Shown piece by piece: positions 8,823-18,879 of a stretch of DNA of 64,000 nucleotides. The stretch is from positions 53,396 through 117,395 of IMG/VR virus record IMGVR_UViG_3300025117_000038; one strand, 5' to 3'. The DNA comes from a virus. The first letter of the stretch is position 1. Each line of letters opens with the position of its first letter. Under the pieces are notes generated by a model that saw only the letters and a list, made by a program, of their open reading frames with translations, was not told the DNA's origin and did no database searches. Made by a program: the position numbers and the translations under genes.

Positions 8823-11800
8823 AATAGGGACATATAAAAGATGGGGTCATGCCGACTACTTTACCATTGGAGATAGTCTTTCTGGTGCTAATTACGGTGG
8901 ATTGGGTCATAAATTTACCGGGAGAGGGAAAGAATTATACGGTATTTATTATGGGTATTACAATATAAACACAGCAAGTAAAACAACCAGTTATTTAAAT
9001 TGGTGGTTAGCTTCTGTGACTGGGAGTGGAACCCCTGGTACAATCTTGGGGTCAAGTGGAGCTATTGCATTAGGAACGGAAGATGCTTGGAATTTTAGAG
9101 ATATACCGAATAGTGCTGGAACTGGTCATGTTACACTAAATAGTGGTGTAAATTATTGTGTTTATTGTACTCTTGGGGCTGGATGGGGAACTAAGTCTGC
9201 TCATTATACAACATATTTTTGTAAACAACCTTTGGCAAATGGTATTATTCATGTGTCATCTGGGGAAAGTTGGATTGCTACTACTGACCCTAACTTTGAT
9301 GGTATTACAACTCCACCTTATTCACTGTCTCCTACATGGTCAGATAGAAATGCCATGTGGCCGATTATGTGTAGAAATACAGATGAATCCCTCTATGGTC
9401 ACGGATATTTAGATGAATACCAAGTAACTGAATCACAAGTTACGGATTATTTCCCAGTTTTTTATAATGATACCAATCGTAAGGTTGTCGGGGCTGGCTA
9501 TTCTTATTGGTATGGAGCCACTAACTTTACTAATGTGGGAGATTTAAGATTTAGAATTATTGAGGGACGAGATAATACCGACCCAACTGATATTGTTGGT
9601 ACGTCATTTACTATTAAACACTCCGCTTATTTTAATAATCTTTCTTCGGCATATGTTTCAACATCGTTAAGTGAAGCATCAATATACCCGGCTTCTGGTG
9701 GAATTTTGCTTGAAGCTGGTAAATGGTATACAGTGGGGTTCTATTCATGCAGTGCTTATCCAACAAGAATAGGGGGGACTGATGCCCATATTTATTCTCA
9801 ACTTGCCACTACTTTAACTTATGATAGTGGAAATTCATATGTATACAAAAAATCAACTACCACAAGGAAAACTACTCATGATTTTCCTTATTATTTAGAA
9901 GTTGAAGATTATTATTCTTTAGCGTCTGTATACGGATATGTTTATTATTCCGATTATACAAAACCAATACAAAATGGACTAATAGATATATATTATAGTG
10001 GAGAACTACAAATGACAACAACATCTGATGCGTCTGGGTATTATGAAGCCATTGCATCAACAGGTGGAATAACTCTTATCCCAAGGAAATATGATTTTGA
10101 TTTCAATCCACAATATTATAATATTAATTTACAAAACAAAACAGAACAATTAATTTATGCAAGTAGTCAATCTAAGTGGTGGAGCTATAGTAGTCCCACT
10201 GGGAAGGGTTCTTTATTTGCTTTTAGAGATTTAATATCCTTCACATCAAACCATGGAACAATTCCAAAGGGATACACCGTTAAAATAGAATTCCCCACTG
10301 GATATCAGGAAAGATTTGCCACTTCTGCATATTTTAATGAATCTATTCAACACTCCATGGGACAAGGAATTATTTACTGTGATGGTAAGATACATGCATG
10401 TTATTTGGCTACTGGGGCAGGAGTAAGGGTCGCAACAAAAGACGAAACAACTAAAGAAATAACAGTTAATCGTATTTTTTCTAAGTCCGGCGTTGCTGTT
10501 TGGGATACCCATTACTATCCTAATTTAGTATCTAATAAAAATAATTATATATATGTTGGTGTTGCTGGACATAATTCCGGTAAATTGGATTTGTTAAAAA
10601 GCGTTAATCCAAATGATTTATCTGTAATGGAGTCTTCTGTTGATTTACTTTTTACTGACAATAATGCGTATCCAAGATTTAGATGTGATAATAATAATTG
10701 GATTAATTGTTTATTCAGATGGTATGTTGGTGGTGATGCTGGTCTAAAAATGGTAAGATTTAATGAAGATGTTTCTACGGTCATCCCAATGGGTTATGTC
10801 GCTTATTATGATAATGCTGAGGCTGCGGGAAATGCATCTATTTACATATGTGGTTTTAAAATTGACAGCGATAATGTCATTCATTGCGCTTTTAATTATT
10901 TTGATAATTATTTAATTAAAAATACCAGTCGTGCGATTGGGTATATGTATAGCCCACCAAACGTAAATGGAATTGCTACTCCTGGCTATTATTGGTTTAA
11001 CGCGAAAGGACATACTTGTTCGATATCTACTGGTCATGGATATACTGACCTATCAAGTGTTTTGGGTTTCATGGATGATGGAGAAAACCCAGAGTACAAT
11101 CCTTTTGTAATTTATTCTTGGGATAGTTCTCAAACCTATTACAATGCCAAAAAATATTATCACGGAAATACGGAATCCATGTTTATTCACCCCAATAAAA
11201 GAATAAACAATGGAATTCATAATATTCATATGCCGTATTTTACGTTTCATGCTTATCCTAATATAGATGCTGGTGGAAATGATATTAATAGAGAGGTAGA
11301 GGGATTTTTGGCATATTATGACCCAGAAAGTGAATTTGCTCAAACCGGAGTTGTTGGTGAAGGATGGGTTGTTAGTACCGTAACACATACAGCAAAAAGT
11401 GTTAATGGAACTGGCCAATTAGCATGGAAGGGTCGACATTGGGGGGGTATGGCTATTGACAATACCCCAGAAATACATATTTATGGGTTCATTAAACCTT
11501 CTGGAAAAAACTGGTTTGGTGGTGAGTTATGTGAATGGACTTCTGTTGATGATGGTGCAACATGGAAACATAAATTAATTACAAATAACTCTGGTTATGG
11601 AATTGGAATGTTGTCGGTAAAACCAGATTTTTCAAATGATTCTATAGAATTGGTGTATGGGCGCGGATATGATATTATGTATTATTCTGATGTAAAAAAA
11701 TACGACAGGATAAGAGAAGATGGCGAAGATATAAGGGTAGTTTATTCGGGTGCTTCATCCAATGCGATAGAATTGTCCAGATTAAACGATTTTATGGGAA

Positions 11801-11928
11801 TGACAAATACTAATTTATATTTTACAATACAACACACAATACCAGCGAATACTCAATATGATACTGCTGGTAATTATTATATATACTACGGTAGATATGA
11901 TACCACAGATGCGAGTGGGCAATTTTAG
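8812..11928 (+). CDS. Large putative virion protein: beta-sandwich/Ig-like domains, BNR-type propeller, DUF2341-like segment
   Basis: Asp-box SVDDGATW, DTHYYP...HNS and YPR motifs (BNR_4-like). DUF2341-like DGEDIRVVY...LYF...YYIYYG. Ig-like TTTSDASGYY. Confidence 0.55.
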   Translation: MRYKIGTYKRWGHADYFTIGDSLSGANYGGLGHKFTGRGKELYGIYYGYYNINTASKTTSYLNWWLASVTGSGTPGTILGSSGAIALGTEDAWNFRDIPNSAGTGHVTLNSGVNYCVYCTLGAGWGTKSAHYTTYFCKQPLANGIIHVSSGESWIATTDPNFDGITTPPYSLSPTWSDRNAMWPIMCRNTDESLYGHGYLDEYQVTESQVTDYFPVFYNDTNRKVVGAGYSYWYGATNFTNVGDLRFRIIEGRDNTDPTDIVGTSFTIKHSAYFNNLSSAYVSTSLSEASIYPASGGILLEAGKWYTVGFYSCSAYPTRIGGTDAHIYSQLATTLTYDSGNSYVYKKSTTTRKTTHDFPYYLEVEDYYSLASVYGYVYYSDYTKPIQNGLIDIYYSGELQMTTTSDASGYYEAIASTGGITLIPRKYDFDFNPQYYNINLQNKTEQLIYASSQSKWWSYSSPTGKGSLFAFRDLISFTSNHGTIPKGYTVKIEFPTGYQERFATSAYFNESIQHSMGQGIIYCDGKIHACYLATGAGVRVATKDETTKEITVNRIFSKSGVAVWDTHYYPNLVSNKNNYIYVGVAGHNSGKLDLLKSVNPNDLSVMESSVDLLFTDNNAYPRFRCDNNNWINCLFRWYVGGDAGLKMVRFNEDVSTVIPMGYVAYYDNAEAAGNASIYICGFKIDSDNVIHCAFNYFDNYLIKNTSRAIGYMYSPPNVNGIATPGYYWFNAKGHTCSISTGHGYTDLSSVLGFMDDGENPEYNPFVIYSWDSSQTYYNAKKYYHGNTESMFIHPNKRINNGIHNIHMPYFTFHAYPNIDAGGNDINREVEGFLAYYDPESEFAQTGVVGEGWVVSTVTHTAKSVNGTGQLAWKGRHWGGMAIDNTPEIHIYGFIKPSGKNWFGGELCEWTSVDDGATWKHKLITNNSGYGIGMLSVKPDFSNDSIELVYGRGYDIMYYSDVKKYDRIREDGEDIRVVYSGASSNAIELSRLNDFMGMTNTNLYFTIQHTIPANTQYDTAGNYYIYYGRYDTTDASGQF

Positions 11929-11936
11929 GAGGGAAT

Positions 11937-12623
11937 ATGGATATAGCATCATCAAACCCACATAATGCAATGGTTTTATTTGAAAGTTTTGAGGAGTATA
12001 CTACAGGAAGTACTCCACAGTCATGGAGTGGTGTAAATAATTGGTATGGTGATGGCGACCAGTGCGATTTTTATATTGTTGATAGTATTGTTGACCATAC
12101 CAATAAAATATTTTCAGGAGATAAAAGTGTTAGAAGCGTTGCTGGAAGTGCCGATTTAAAACATGATTTAAATTCAGTATCTGATGTTGCCGTAAGAGTA
12201 GGTATATGGAATGAAGGAGCCTCTAATGTATCTAAAACAGCTATATTAAAATTAGAAAATGATAATGGTAATTATATACATTTTGGTTTTAGATTACATC
12301 TTACAGAATCAACTGGATATAGATTCAAAAGTAACGCTACTGGAGGTTCATGGCTGGAAGTTGCAAGTGTTAATTCAAACTATAAACAGTATCATGAATT
12401 AACGATTTATGTAAGTAGTACCAATGGAACAAGCATATGGACGGAAAGTGGTAATTTAATTTTTTCAAATATTGATTCAGAACAAATGACTATTGGATAC
12501 GGGAAGATGGATTTACATACAATTACCAGTGTCGCTCTTAGTGATAGCGGCAGTAATGGTATTTTTGATTTTTTAAGAATTTATAAAACATTCTCAACAC
12601 CCAATCCATTTCAGGTAATATAG
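11937..12623 (+). CDS. Lectin/ConA-like beta-sandwich protein continuing the DUF2341-type architecture
   Basis: Starts SNP...VLFESFE and ends FDFLRIYK, the pattern that normally follows DUF2341. Confidence 0.45.
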   Translation: MDIASSNPHNAMVLFESFEEYTTGSTPQSWSGVNNWYGDGDQCDFYIVDSIVDHTNKIFSGDKSVRSVAGSADLKHDLNSVSDVAVRVGIWNEGASNVSKTAILKLENDNGNYIHFGFRLHLTESTGYRFKSNATGGSWLEVASVNSNYKQYHELTIYVSSTNGTSIWTESGNLIFSNIDSEQMTIGYGKMDLHTITSVALSDSGSNGIFDFLRIYKTFSTPNPFQVI

Positions 12624-12624
12624 A

Positions 12625-15405
12625 ATGTCTGATTCTTTTGTTAATAAAATAGACAGAATAGGACTCAATAAAGGGTTTATTATCAAGACACAAATTCTTG
12701 GTAATAGAGAAAAAACTTTTGTACTTAACACCACAATTGCGTCAGGGAAGAGTGATAAAAGATTTATTGTCTATAAAACAAAAGATATTTCAAATAATTA
12801 TAGTAATATAATATTCCTTTCGAGATATTTTTCAAGTACAACAAGAAATATTATCAATGTAACAAAAGATTTTATATATACCGATAAAGATATTATATTC
12901 TGGGGACAGGAAAGATTAGATTCCTCGGTATTTTCTATATTTATTTCAAATGATATTTCAAATACAACAAGGTCTATTTCCCATCATGGTTATGATATAT
13001 CGACAGATACAAGACAGTTGATTTATCATACCAAAAATATTGATTACTCGAATCGTGATTTAATTTTTAATACAAAAGATATATCGAGTATTACAAATGA
13101 TATCATTTATCATGGTTTTGATATTTATTCAGTAACGCGTAATGTTATATTTAATTCGTTTTATATTACCAATTCTTCAAAAGATATTATATTTTATGCC
13201 AAAGATATATCAAACACAAATCGTTCTGTAATATTTTTATCATCAGACCATTGTGATGATAGTAGAAGTGTTTTATTCTTATCAAACGACCATATAAATA
13301 CATCAAGACAAATTATTCATCATGGATTTGATGTTGAAAATACCACACGAAGTATTGTTAATTTAACAAAAGACTATGAATCAGCTAATCGTAATGTTAT
13401 ATCGTTAACTAACGATTTTATCAATACCAATAGAAATATAATTCACCATAGTTTTGATGTAGATTATAAAACTGCTGATATCATATTCGGCTGTTTCTAT
13501 CGTAATTCGGTTAATAGAAGCCTGATATTTAATGTAAAAGATATTTCGGAATCTATTAAATCTACTATATTCGCAACAAAAGACTATGTAATATCGACAA
13601 GAAATGTGTCATTCTTGTCAAATGATATCGTTAACACAACCATAAATATTATCAATTTAACCAGTGATTACAAATCTTCGATATCTCAGGTAATATTTAC
13701 ATCAAATTATCATTTGTCGACAACAAGAGATATTATATTTAAAACAAAAGATATCAAATCTTCTAATATAAATGTTATTTATCACACTAAAGACGATGTT
13801 AATTCATCATGTTCAATTTCTTTTATATGTAGATATAATTATGGCACAACAAGACCGTTAATATTCTTGTCGAAAGATGTTTATAGCGAGACAAGAAGTA
13901 TAATTTACCTATCTAACGATTACATTACATCAACTAAAAATGTAATTTATCTGTCTAATGATATTGAATCAAGGAATATTTCAATTATATCCAAGGTTCA
14001 GGACGTTGAATTATCTTCTCGAAACATAATCTTTATATGTAGATATACCTATGGTAATGCCAGTTCAATGGTATTTGCCACAAAAGACAAACTGTCATCA
14101 CTTAAAAATATTGTGTACATATCAAATGATTATATATCAGATTCGCGTAGTATTATTTATAAGACAAAGGATGTTAGGTCTGGAATTAGTGATGTCATTT
14201 ATCTTACGAAGGACTACAAAAATACATCAAGAAATCTTATTTATAATTCAAAAAGTAGTGTTTTTTCGACAAGAAACATTGTCTATAAAACTGGCGATAT
14301 TGAATCACAAAGTGTTTCAGTTATATCTAAAGTTAAAGATATTGAATCGTCAACCAAAAATATAATATTTATATGTAGATATACAAGTAACGATAACCGT
14401 TCATTAATATTTCGTGCCAAGGATACATCATTATCACCAAGAAATATTGTTTATGTGTCAAATGACTATATTTCAAGTTCAAGTGATATTATTTATAGGA
14501 CAAGCGATACTAAATATGAAACAGCAAATGTTATTTATACTACAAAAGATTATATAACGTCATCGATAGGTATTATATATAGTTCAATAAGTGGTGTTTC
14601 TGCGACAAGGAATATTATTTATAGAACCTGCAATACAGACTACGAAACAATAGCCGTTATATATAAGTCATATGATTTACTTAATGCATCAAGGTTTATT
14701 ATTTATATCTCTTCATACGTTTATGGTGAATCAAGAGATATTATATTTAAATCACATGAGCCATTAACAACAACACGAAGTATCGTTTTTAATCAAAAAG
14801 ACTTAAGTGGTGTTTCTCGAAGCATTATTTATATATCTGGATATACGGAATCTAATACTGTTGGAATTATTTTCAAAACAAAAGATTTCCAAGATTCAGA
14901 TAGAAGTATTATTTATATCACAAGAGACATAAATAATGTTTCAAGAAATATTATTTTCACATCTGGAAGTCTATATAACACAACAAGATACACAATATTT
15001 AAGGGAATGGATTATATAAGCACAACAAGAGTGATTACATTCTTAGTTAAAGATTATCTATCAGAGACACTTGAAATTATTTTCAATACCTATGATTTAT
15101 ACAATACCGACAGACAATTTATTTTCATTACAGGTGATGTAAATTATTCTGATAGATATATCATATTCAATTGTGGTGGTACAGATGTACAAAGATATGT
15201 TATCTTTAAGTGTATTTACTATGGAGCCGGAGGTGGTGAAATAGTCGATTATACAACCGATACTCCGTATATAAGACCACATAAACAAATTAAGAAAATA
15301 ATTGAACATATAGACATACATAATACGATGGATACCTATCCATACGAACCGAAAGTTCCATCAATAACAAAACACATTAGAATAGAGGATTTGATAGATG
15401 AATAG
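12625..15405 (+). CDS. Tandem 14-aa repeat protein (roughly 55-60 units), probable fibre or beta-solenoid
   Basis: Consecutive units RNIINVTKDFIYTD / KDIIFWGQERLDSS / ... / RSISHHGYDISTDT / RQLIYHTKNIDYSN. Consensus R-N/S-I-I-F/Y-x-x-K-D-x-x-x-S-T. Confidence 0.75.
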   Translation: MSDSFVNKIDRIGLNKGFIIKTQILGNREKTFVLNTTIASGKSDKRFIVYKTKDISNNYSNIIFLSRYFSSTTRNIINVTKDFIYTDKDIIFWGQERLDSSVFSIFISNDISNTTRSISHHGYDISTDTRQLIYHTKNIDYSNRDLIFNTKDISSITNDIIYHGFDIYSVTRNVIFNSFYITNSSKDIIFYAKDISNTNRSVIFLSSDHCDDSRSVLFLSNDHINTSRQIIHHGFDVENTTRSIVNLTKDYESANRNVISLTNDFINTNRNIIHHSFDVDYKTADIIFGCFYRNSVNRSLIFNVKDISESIKSTIFATKDYVISTRNVSFLSNDIVNTTINIINLTSDYKSSISQVIFTSNYHLSTTRDIIFKTKDIKSSNINVIYHTKDDVNSSCSISFICRYNYGTTRPLIFLSKDVYSETRSIIYLSNDYITSTKNVIYLSNDIESRNISIISKVQDVELSSRNIIFICRYTYGNASSMVFATKDKLSSLKNIVYISNDYISDSRSIIYKTKDVRSGISDVIYLTKDYKNTSRNLIYNSKSSVFSTRNIVYKTGDIESQSVSVISKVKDIESSTKNIIFICRYTSNDNRSLIFRAKDTSLSPRNIVYVSNDYISSSSDIIYRTSDTKYETANVIYTTKDYITSSIGIIYSSISGVSATRNIIYRTCNTDYETIAVIYKSYDLLNASRFIIYISSYVYGESRDIIFKSHEPLTTTRSIVFNQKDLSGVSRSIIYISGYTESNTVGIIFKTKDFQDSDRSIIYITRDINNVSRNIIFTSGSLYNTTRYTIFKGMDYISTTRVITFLVKDYLSETLEIIFNTYDLYNTDRQFIFITGDVNYSDRYIIFNCGGTDVQRYVIFKCIYYGAGGGEIVDYTTDTPYIRPHKQIKKIIEHIDIHNTMDTYPYEPKVPSITKHIRIEDLIDE

Positions 15406-18400
15406 ATATATTTTTATAATTATAATGGTGATGGTTTTATCAACTACATCACATTCATACCCCACATTTACAAAATTTTACGAAAGACCAGACACAACCT
15501 ATATAACATCTTTGCCTTATACAATAAGCCAAAGTAATAGATGTTATGTTGTTGATGGAAGCCTAAGAAGCACCTCCCCTGGTGCTGCAATTACAATAAG
15601 TGGAGCATATAATATTTTACTTACCGGAAGTGACAGTGTTACTATCGATACTATATATGTTGGCATAGGAGCGTCCAATCAAGCATATGACAGTACCGAC
15701 GGGATAAGAATAATGACAAATGCAGATGGGATAACAATTAGATATTTAGCAGTTGTAAATGATGGTTGTTTGGGTGATACTAATAGTTATGCAGATACAG
15801 CATTCGCAACATCTGCGATTGATGCGACATCAAGTGATTCATTATTTATGACTAATTGTTATTTTGAATCAAATGGATGGAGTGCATTAATGAGGCATGA
15901 CCCCGCATATCCGTTGGATAGTGCCAAATATTTAGCAAGATTTGGAATTATAGCTCCAACCATTGATTTGAATGGATGTTATAATGTTGTGATGGAAAGT
16001 TGTGTTGTTGATGGCAACCAAATGGGTATGGAGAGAAGAGATTATTATGAAATGTCGGCGATTTCTGTGGAGGTTACTCCATTAGCTAATTTTGGTATAG
16101 GGGATTCATCTTTGTATATCACTAATTGCAGGGTATTTTCAAGAAATGTTGGTATTTCATATGGAAAATGGGGAAGCTATAGTTCATTATTGTCGGCTAA
16201 AGACTGTTATTTCGAAACCGATGAATTAAACGAAATTAGACCGCACTTTATGCATGATTCATCTAACATGTATTGTGGAAATGCAAACTCTTTTAATATA
16301 GTAATGTACGGTTCCGCATCTGGATATATAAGAGGATGTACTCTTGTTTGTGGAGATAGTTTAGCTGGTGCAAATGGAGGAATTATGGCAGAGGGAAGTC
16401 CCACTGATGTGGGAAGCCTTGATAGTGCTTTAATAATAGAAGATTGTGTTATACGTTTAAACCATGGATATGATACACGTTATGGTACTGGAATTAATGC
16501 CAAGGCAATTAAATTCAGGCAACAAAATGTTGACAATTTATGGATTATAATGAGAAATAATAAAATATATGGGTATACAAGTTATACAAACGATACCGGT
16601 AATCCAACAGGATATGGTCCTATCGTTACAGCAGTATACGCAGATACCAGATTTACAAAAGGATATTTTTTATTTGAGAATAACCTAATAAGAGTAATGA
16701 CATTAGATACTAATCTTTTTACGGTAGATGCTGCTTACGGAGAGGCTCGATGGCCGAGAGTCAGTGCCTATACTTTTGTGGGTGGTTCTACGTGGGGAGG
16801 TATTACTTTTGAGTTTAAAAATAACAGAATAGAAACAAATGGTGCTTATGTTATTTTCGGTGCTTATGATGCTACCATGTCTGGGCTATCGGAAGCTCTT
16901 CAGGGAGATACTATTCAATTGTTAACCAATAGCGATACCGGAGAGGCAAGAGATATGTGGCCCGCTTTAGTAGCATTTTGGGATGAAAATACCGCTAATG
17001 CAAGCTATGATAATGTTGTTCTTGACGCTTATATTGTCCCCCCACACGACACTCTTTGGCACTCCGTTGTATTCAGGTCTGGAATTCCACAACCAATGGA
17101 TGTAACATTTAAGAAAACATTTATATTGACATGTATTGGACCCACTGGCGATTCTCTTGAAAATATCCAAGTCTATTGTATAGATGCACAGGGAGATACG
17201 GTTATTGACGCATTGACCAACGCCAATGGTCAAGTAATAGATACGGTTAATACATATTATGACCAGGATAACAGAAGTCCGTTAGTAGATATAAATTATA
17301 ATCCATTCATATTTAAGGCAATTGGTTCTACCTCAGAGGTAACTATTAATCTTGATTTAGATACAAATTCAAATGTTAGTAATATAAATTTGAATTTTTC
17401 TGCATATTCAATCATGTATGAACATACATCAATTTATGAATATTTGATGACAGATAGTTATACTCCATATACAACTGGAATAAAAACAAGATTAGACAGT
17501 TTGGGTAATGCCCATAGCACAACACTAAGAATGTGGGATTATCGAACAAATACCGCATCGACATATTCTTGGGCTGGATGGAGAACCGCACGATTTGATA
17601 GTACATCAAGTCATCAACATGGATGGATGAAACCACAGCCAAACAATGATTGTTATAATTTTTCTGGTAATAATATGTTTATTGAACATATTAATACATA
17701 TTTTTGGAATATAGGGATGTCAAAAGACAGCATTAAGGGTGGATTTTTGCTTGTTGATACAGTTAAAGACGAGGTTGAGGATACTCTTATAGATATTACT
17801 GATTTTGATATGTTAATTTTTGGATTTGGCCCACCTATATGGTGTGGTGAAAATGACGGTGATGACCAAATGTCTGCGGCTAATATAGCCACAAAAAGAA
17901 CAGAAGCATTCAAATGGAGAGATTCTGCGTTAAATTACCCTGATATCCAATTTGTATATGAACTGCCAAATCCTATTATGTATGGTACTACAGAAGGAAA
18001 CAGAATGAGCGAAACTGAAATAGAAAATCAGTTTTGGTTCAACACATTTTGGTTAGACACACTTGAGGATACTGCTAATTACCCTAATTTTCATACAATA
18101 TCACTTTTTGATATTTTGGTTGAAAAAAGTCAAGATAGCACTAAATATGGTTTTATAAAAACTATATATGAAAATAATGCTTATCATCCAAATGCTGTTG
18201 CTGGTGATACCGCTAAAGAATATATGATTGATATGTGGTTACCAGAAATAATATTCACAGAAGGAGAAACTCCTTCTCCAACATACGACCAAACTTTAAC
18301 AATTATTGATACCAGTGAGACATTTTTTACTGTTCAAGATATTTATACTGGAACAGTAGATTCGTTAAAAATATTTTGGGATACCGATTCTGATGTATTC

Positions 18401-18871
18401 GATGGCAGTAGTTATCTCGATGAAACATCTTTATCAACTCCAGATACATTATTTGCGACATCATTAATTGTAAATACTCAATATTATTTCAGAGTTCTAT
18501 TGTTTGATGGAGCAGTAACAGATACTTCGTCCTTGGGAAATATAACAACCCATGTTTACGACCAGACGATAACTATAATAGATACAACAAATTCGACTTT
18601 TAAAATACAAGATGCTTATACTGGTATAGCCGATTCTCTCGTATTATATTATGACACAGATAGTTCTGTGTATAATGGAAGTACCAAAAAAGACATAACA
18701 ACATTGGAGACACCGGATACACTAACGGCCACTGGTTTAATACAAAACACAAAATATTATTTAAGGGTAATGTTGTTTGTTGCTCCTATTGTAGACACAT
18801 CGGCAATAGATAGTGTTACCACTTTGGATATAGAATCAACAACAAGATATTTATTAAAACTTAAAAAATAG
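15398..18871 (+). CDS. Signal-peptide protein: right-handed beta-helix, SGNH-like domain and two FN3-like repeats
   Basis: N-terminus MNRYIFIIIMVMVLSTTSHS. Beta-helix opening YITSLPYTISQSNRCYVV. SGNH block-V-like NAYHPNAVAG. Duplicated TGLI.NT.YY.RV FN3 motifs. Confidence 0.6.
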   Translation: MNRYIFIIIMVMVLSTTSHSYPTFTKFYERPDTTYITSLPYTISQSNRCYVVDGSLRSTSPGAAITISGAYNILLTGSDSVTIDTIYVGIGASNQAYDSTDGIRIMTNADGITIRYLAVVNDGCLGDTNSYADTAFATSAIDATSSDSLFMTNCYFESNGWSALMRHDPAYPLDSAKYLARFGIIAPTIDLNGCYNVVMESCVVDGNQMGMERRDYYEMSAISVEVTPLANFGIGDSSLYITNCRVFSRNVGISYGKWGSYSSLLSAKDCYFETDELNEIRPHFMHDSSNMYCGNANSFNIVMYGSASGYIRGCTLVCGDSLAGANGGIMAEGSPTDVGSLDSALIIEDCVIRLNHGYDTRYGTGINAKAIKFRQQNVDNLWIIMRNNKIYGYTSYTNDTGNPTGYGPIVTAVYADTRFTKGYFLFENNLIRVMTLDTNLFTVDAAYGEARWPRVSAYTFVGGSTWGGITFEFKNNRIETNGAYVIFGAYDATMSGLSEALQGDTIQLLTNSDTGEARDMWPALVAFWDENTANASYDNVVLDAYIVPPHDTLWHSVVFRSGIPQPMDVTFKKTFILTCIGPTGDSLENIQVYCIDAQGDTVIDALTNANGQVIDTVNTYYDQDNRSPLVDINYNPFIFKAIGSTSEVTINLDLDTNSNVSNINLNFSAYSIMYEHTSIYEYLMTDSYTPYTTGIKTRLDSLGNAHSTTLRMWDYRTNTASTYSWAGWRTARFDSTSSHQHGWMKPQPNNDCYNFSGNNMFIEHINTYFWNIGMSKDSIKGGFLLVDTVKDEVEDTLIDITDFDMLIFGFGPPIWCGENDGDDQMSAANIATKRTEAFKWRDSALNYPDIQFVYELPNPIMYGTTEGNRMSETEIENQFWFNTFWLDTLEDTANYPNFHTISLFDILVEKSQDSTKYGFIKTIYENNAYHPNAVAGDTAKEYMIDMWLPEIIFTEGETPSPTYDQTLTIIDTSETFFTVQDIYTGTVDSLKIFWDTDSDVFDGSSYLDETSLSTPDTLFATSLIVNTQYYFRVLLFDGAVTDTSSLGNITTHVYDQTITIIDTTNSTFKIQDAYTGIADSLVLYYDTDSSVYNGSTKKDITTLETPDTLTATGLIQNTKYYLRVMLFVAPIVDTSAIDSVTTLDIESTTRYLLKLKK

Positions 18872-18879
18872 GAGAAAAA

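Noticed and set aside
12625-15405. CRISPR-like or DNA tandem array
   Set aside because: The 42-bp period is a protein-level repeat with degenerate DNA and no identical repeats separated by spacers.
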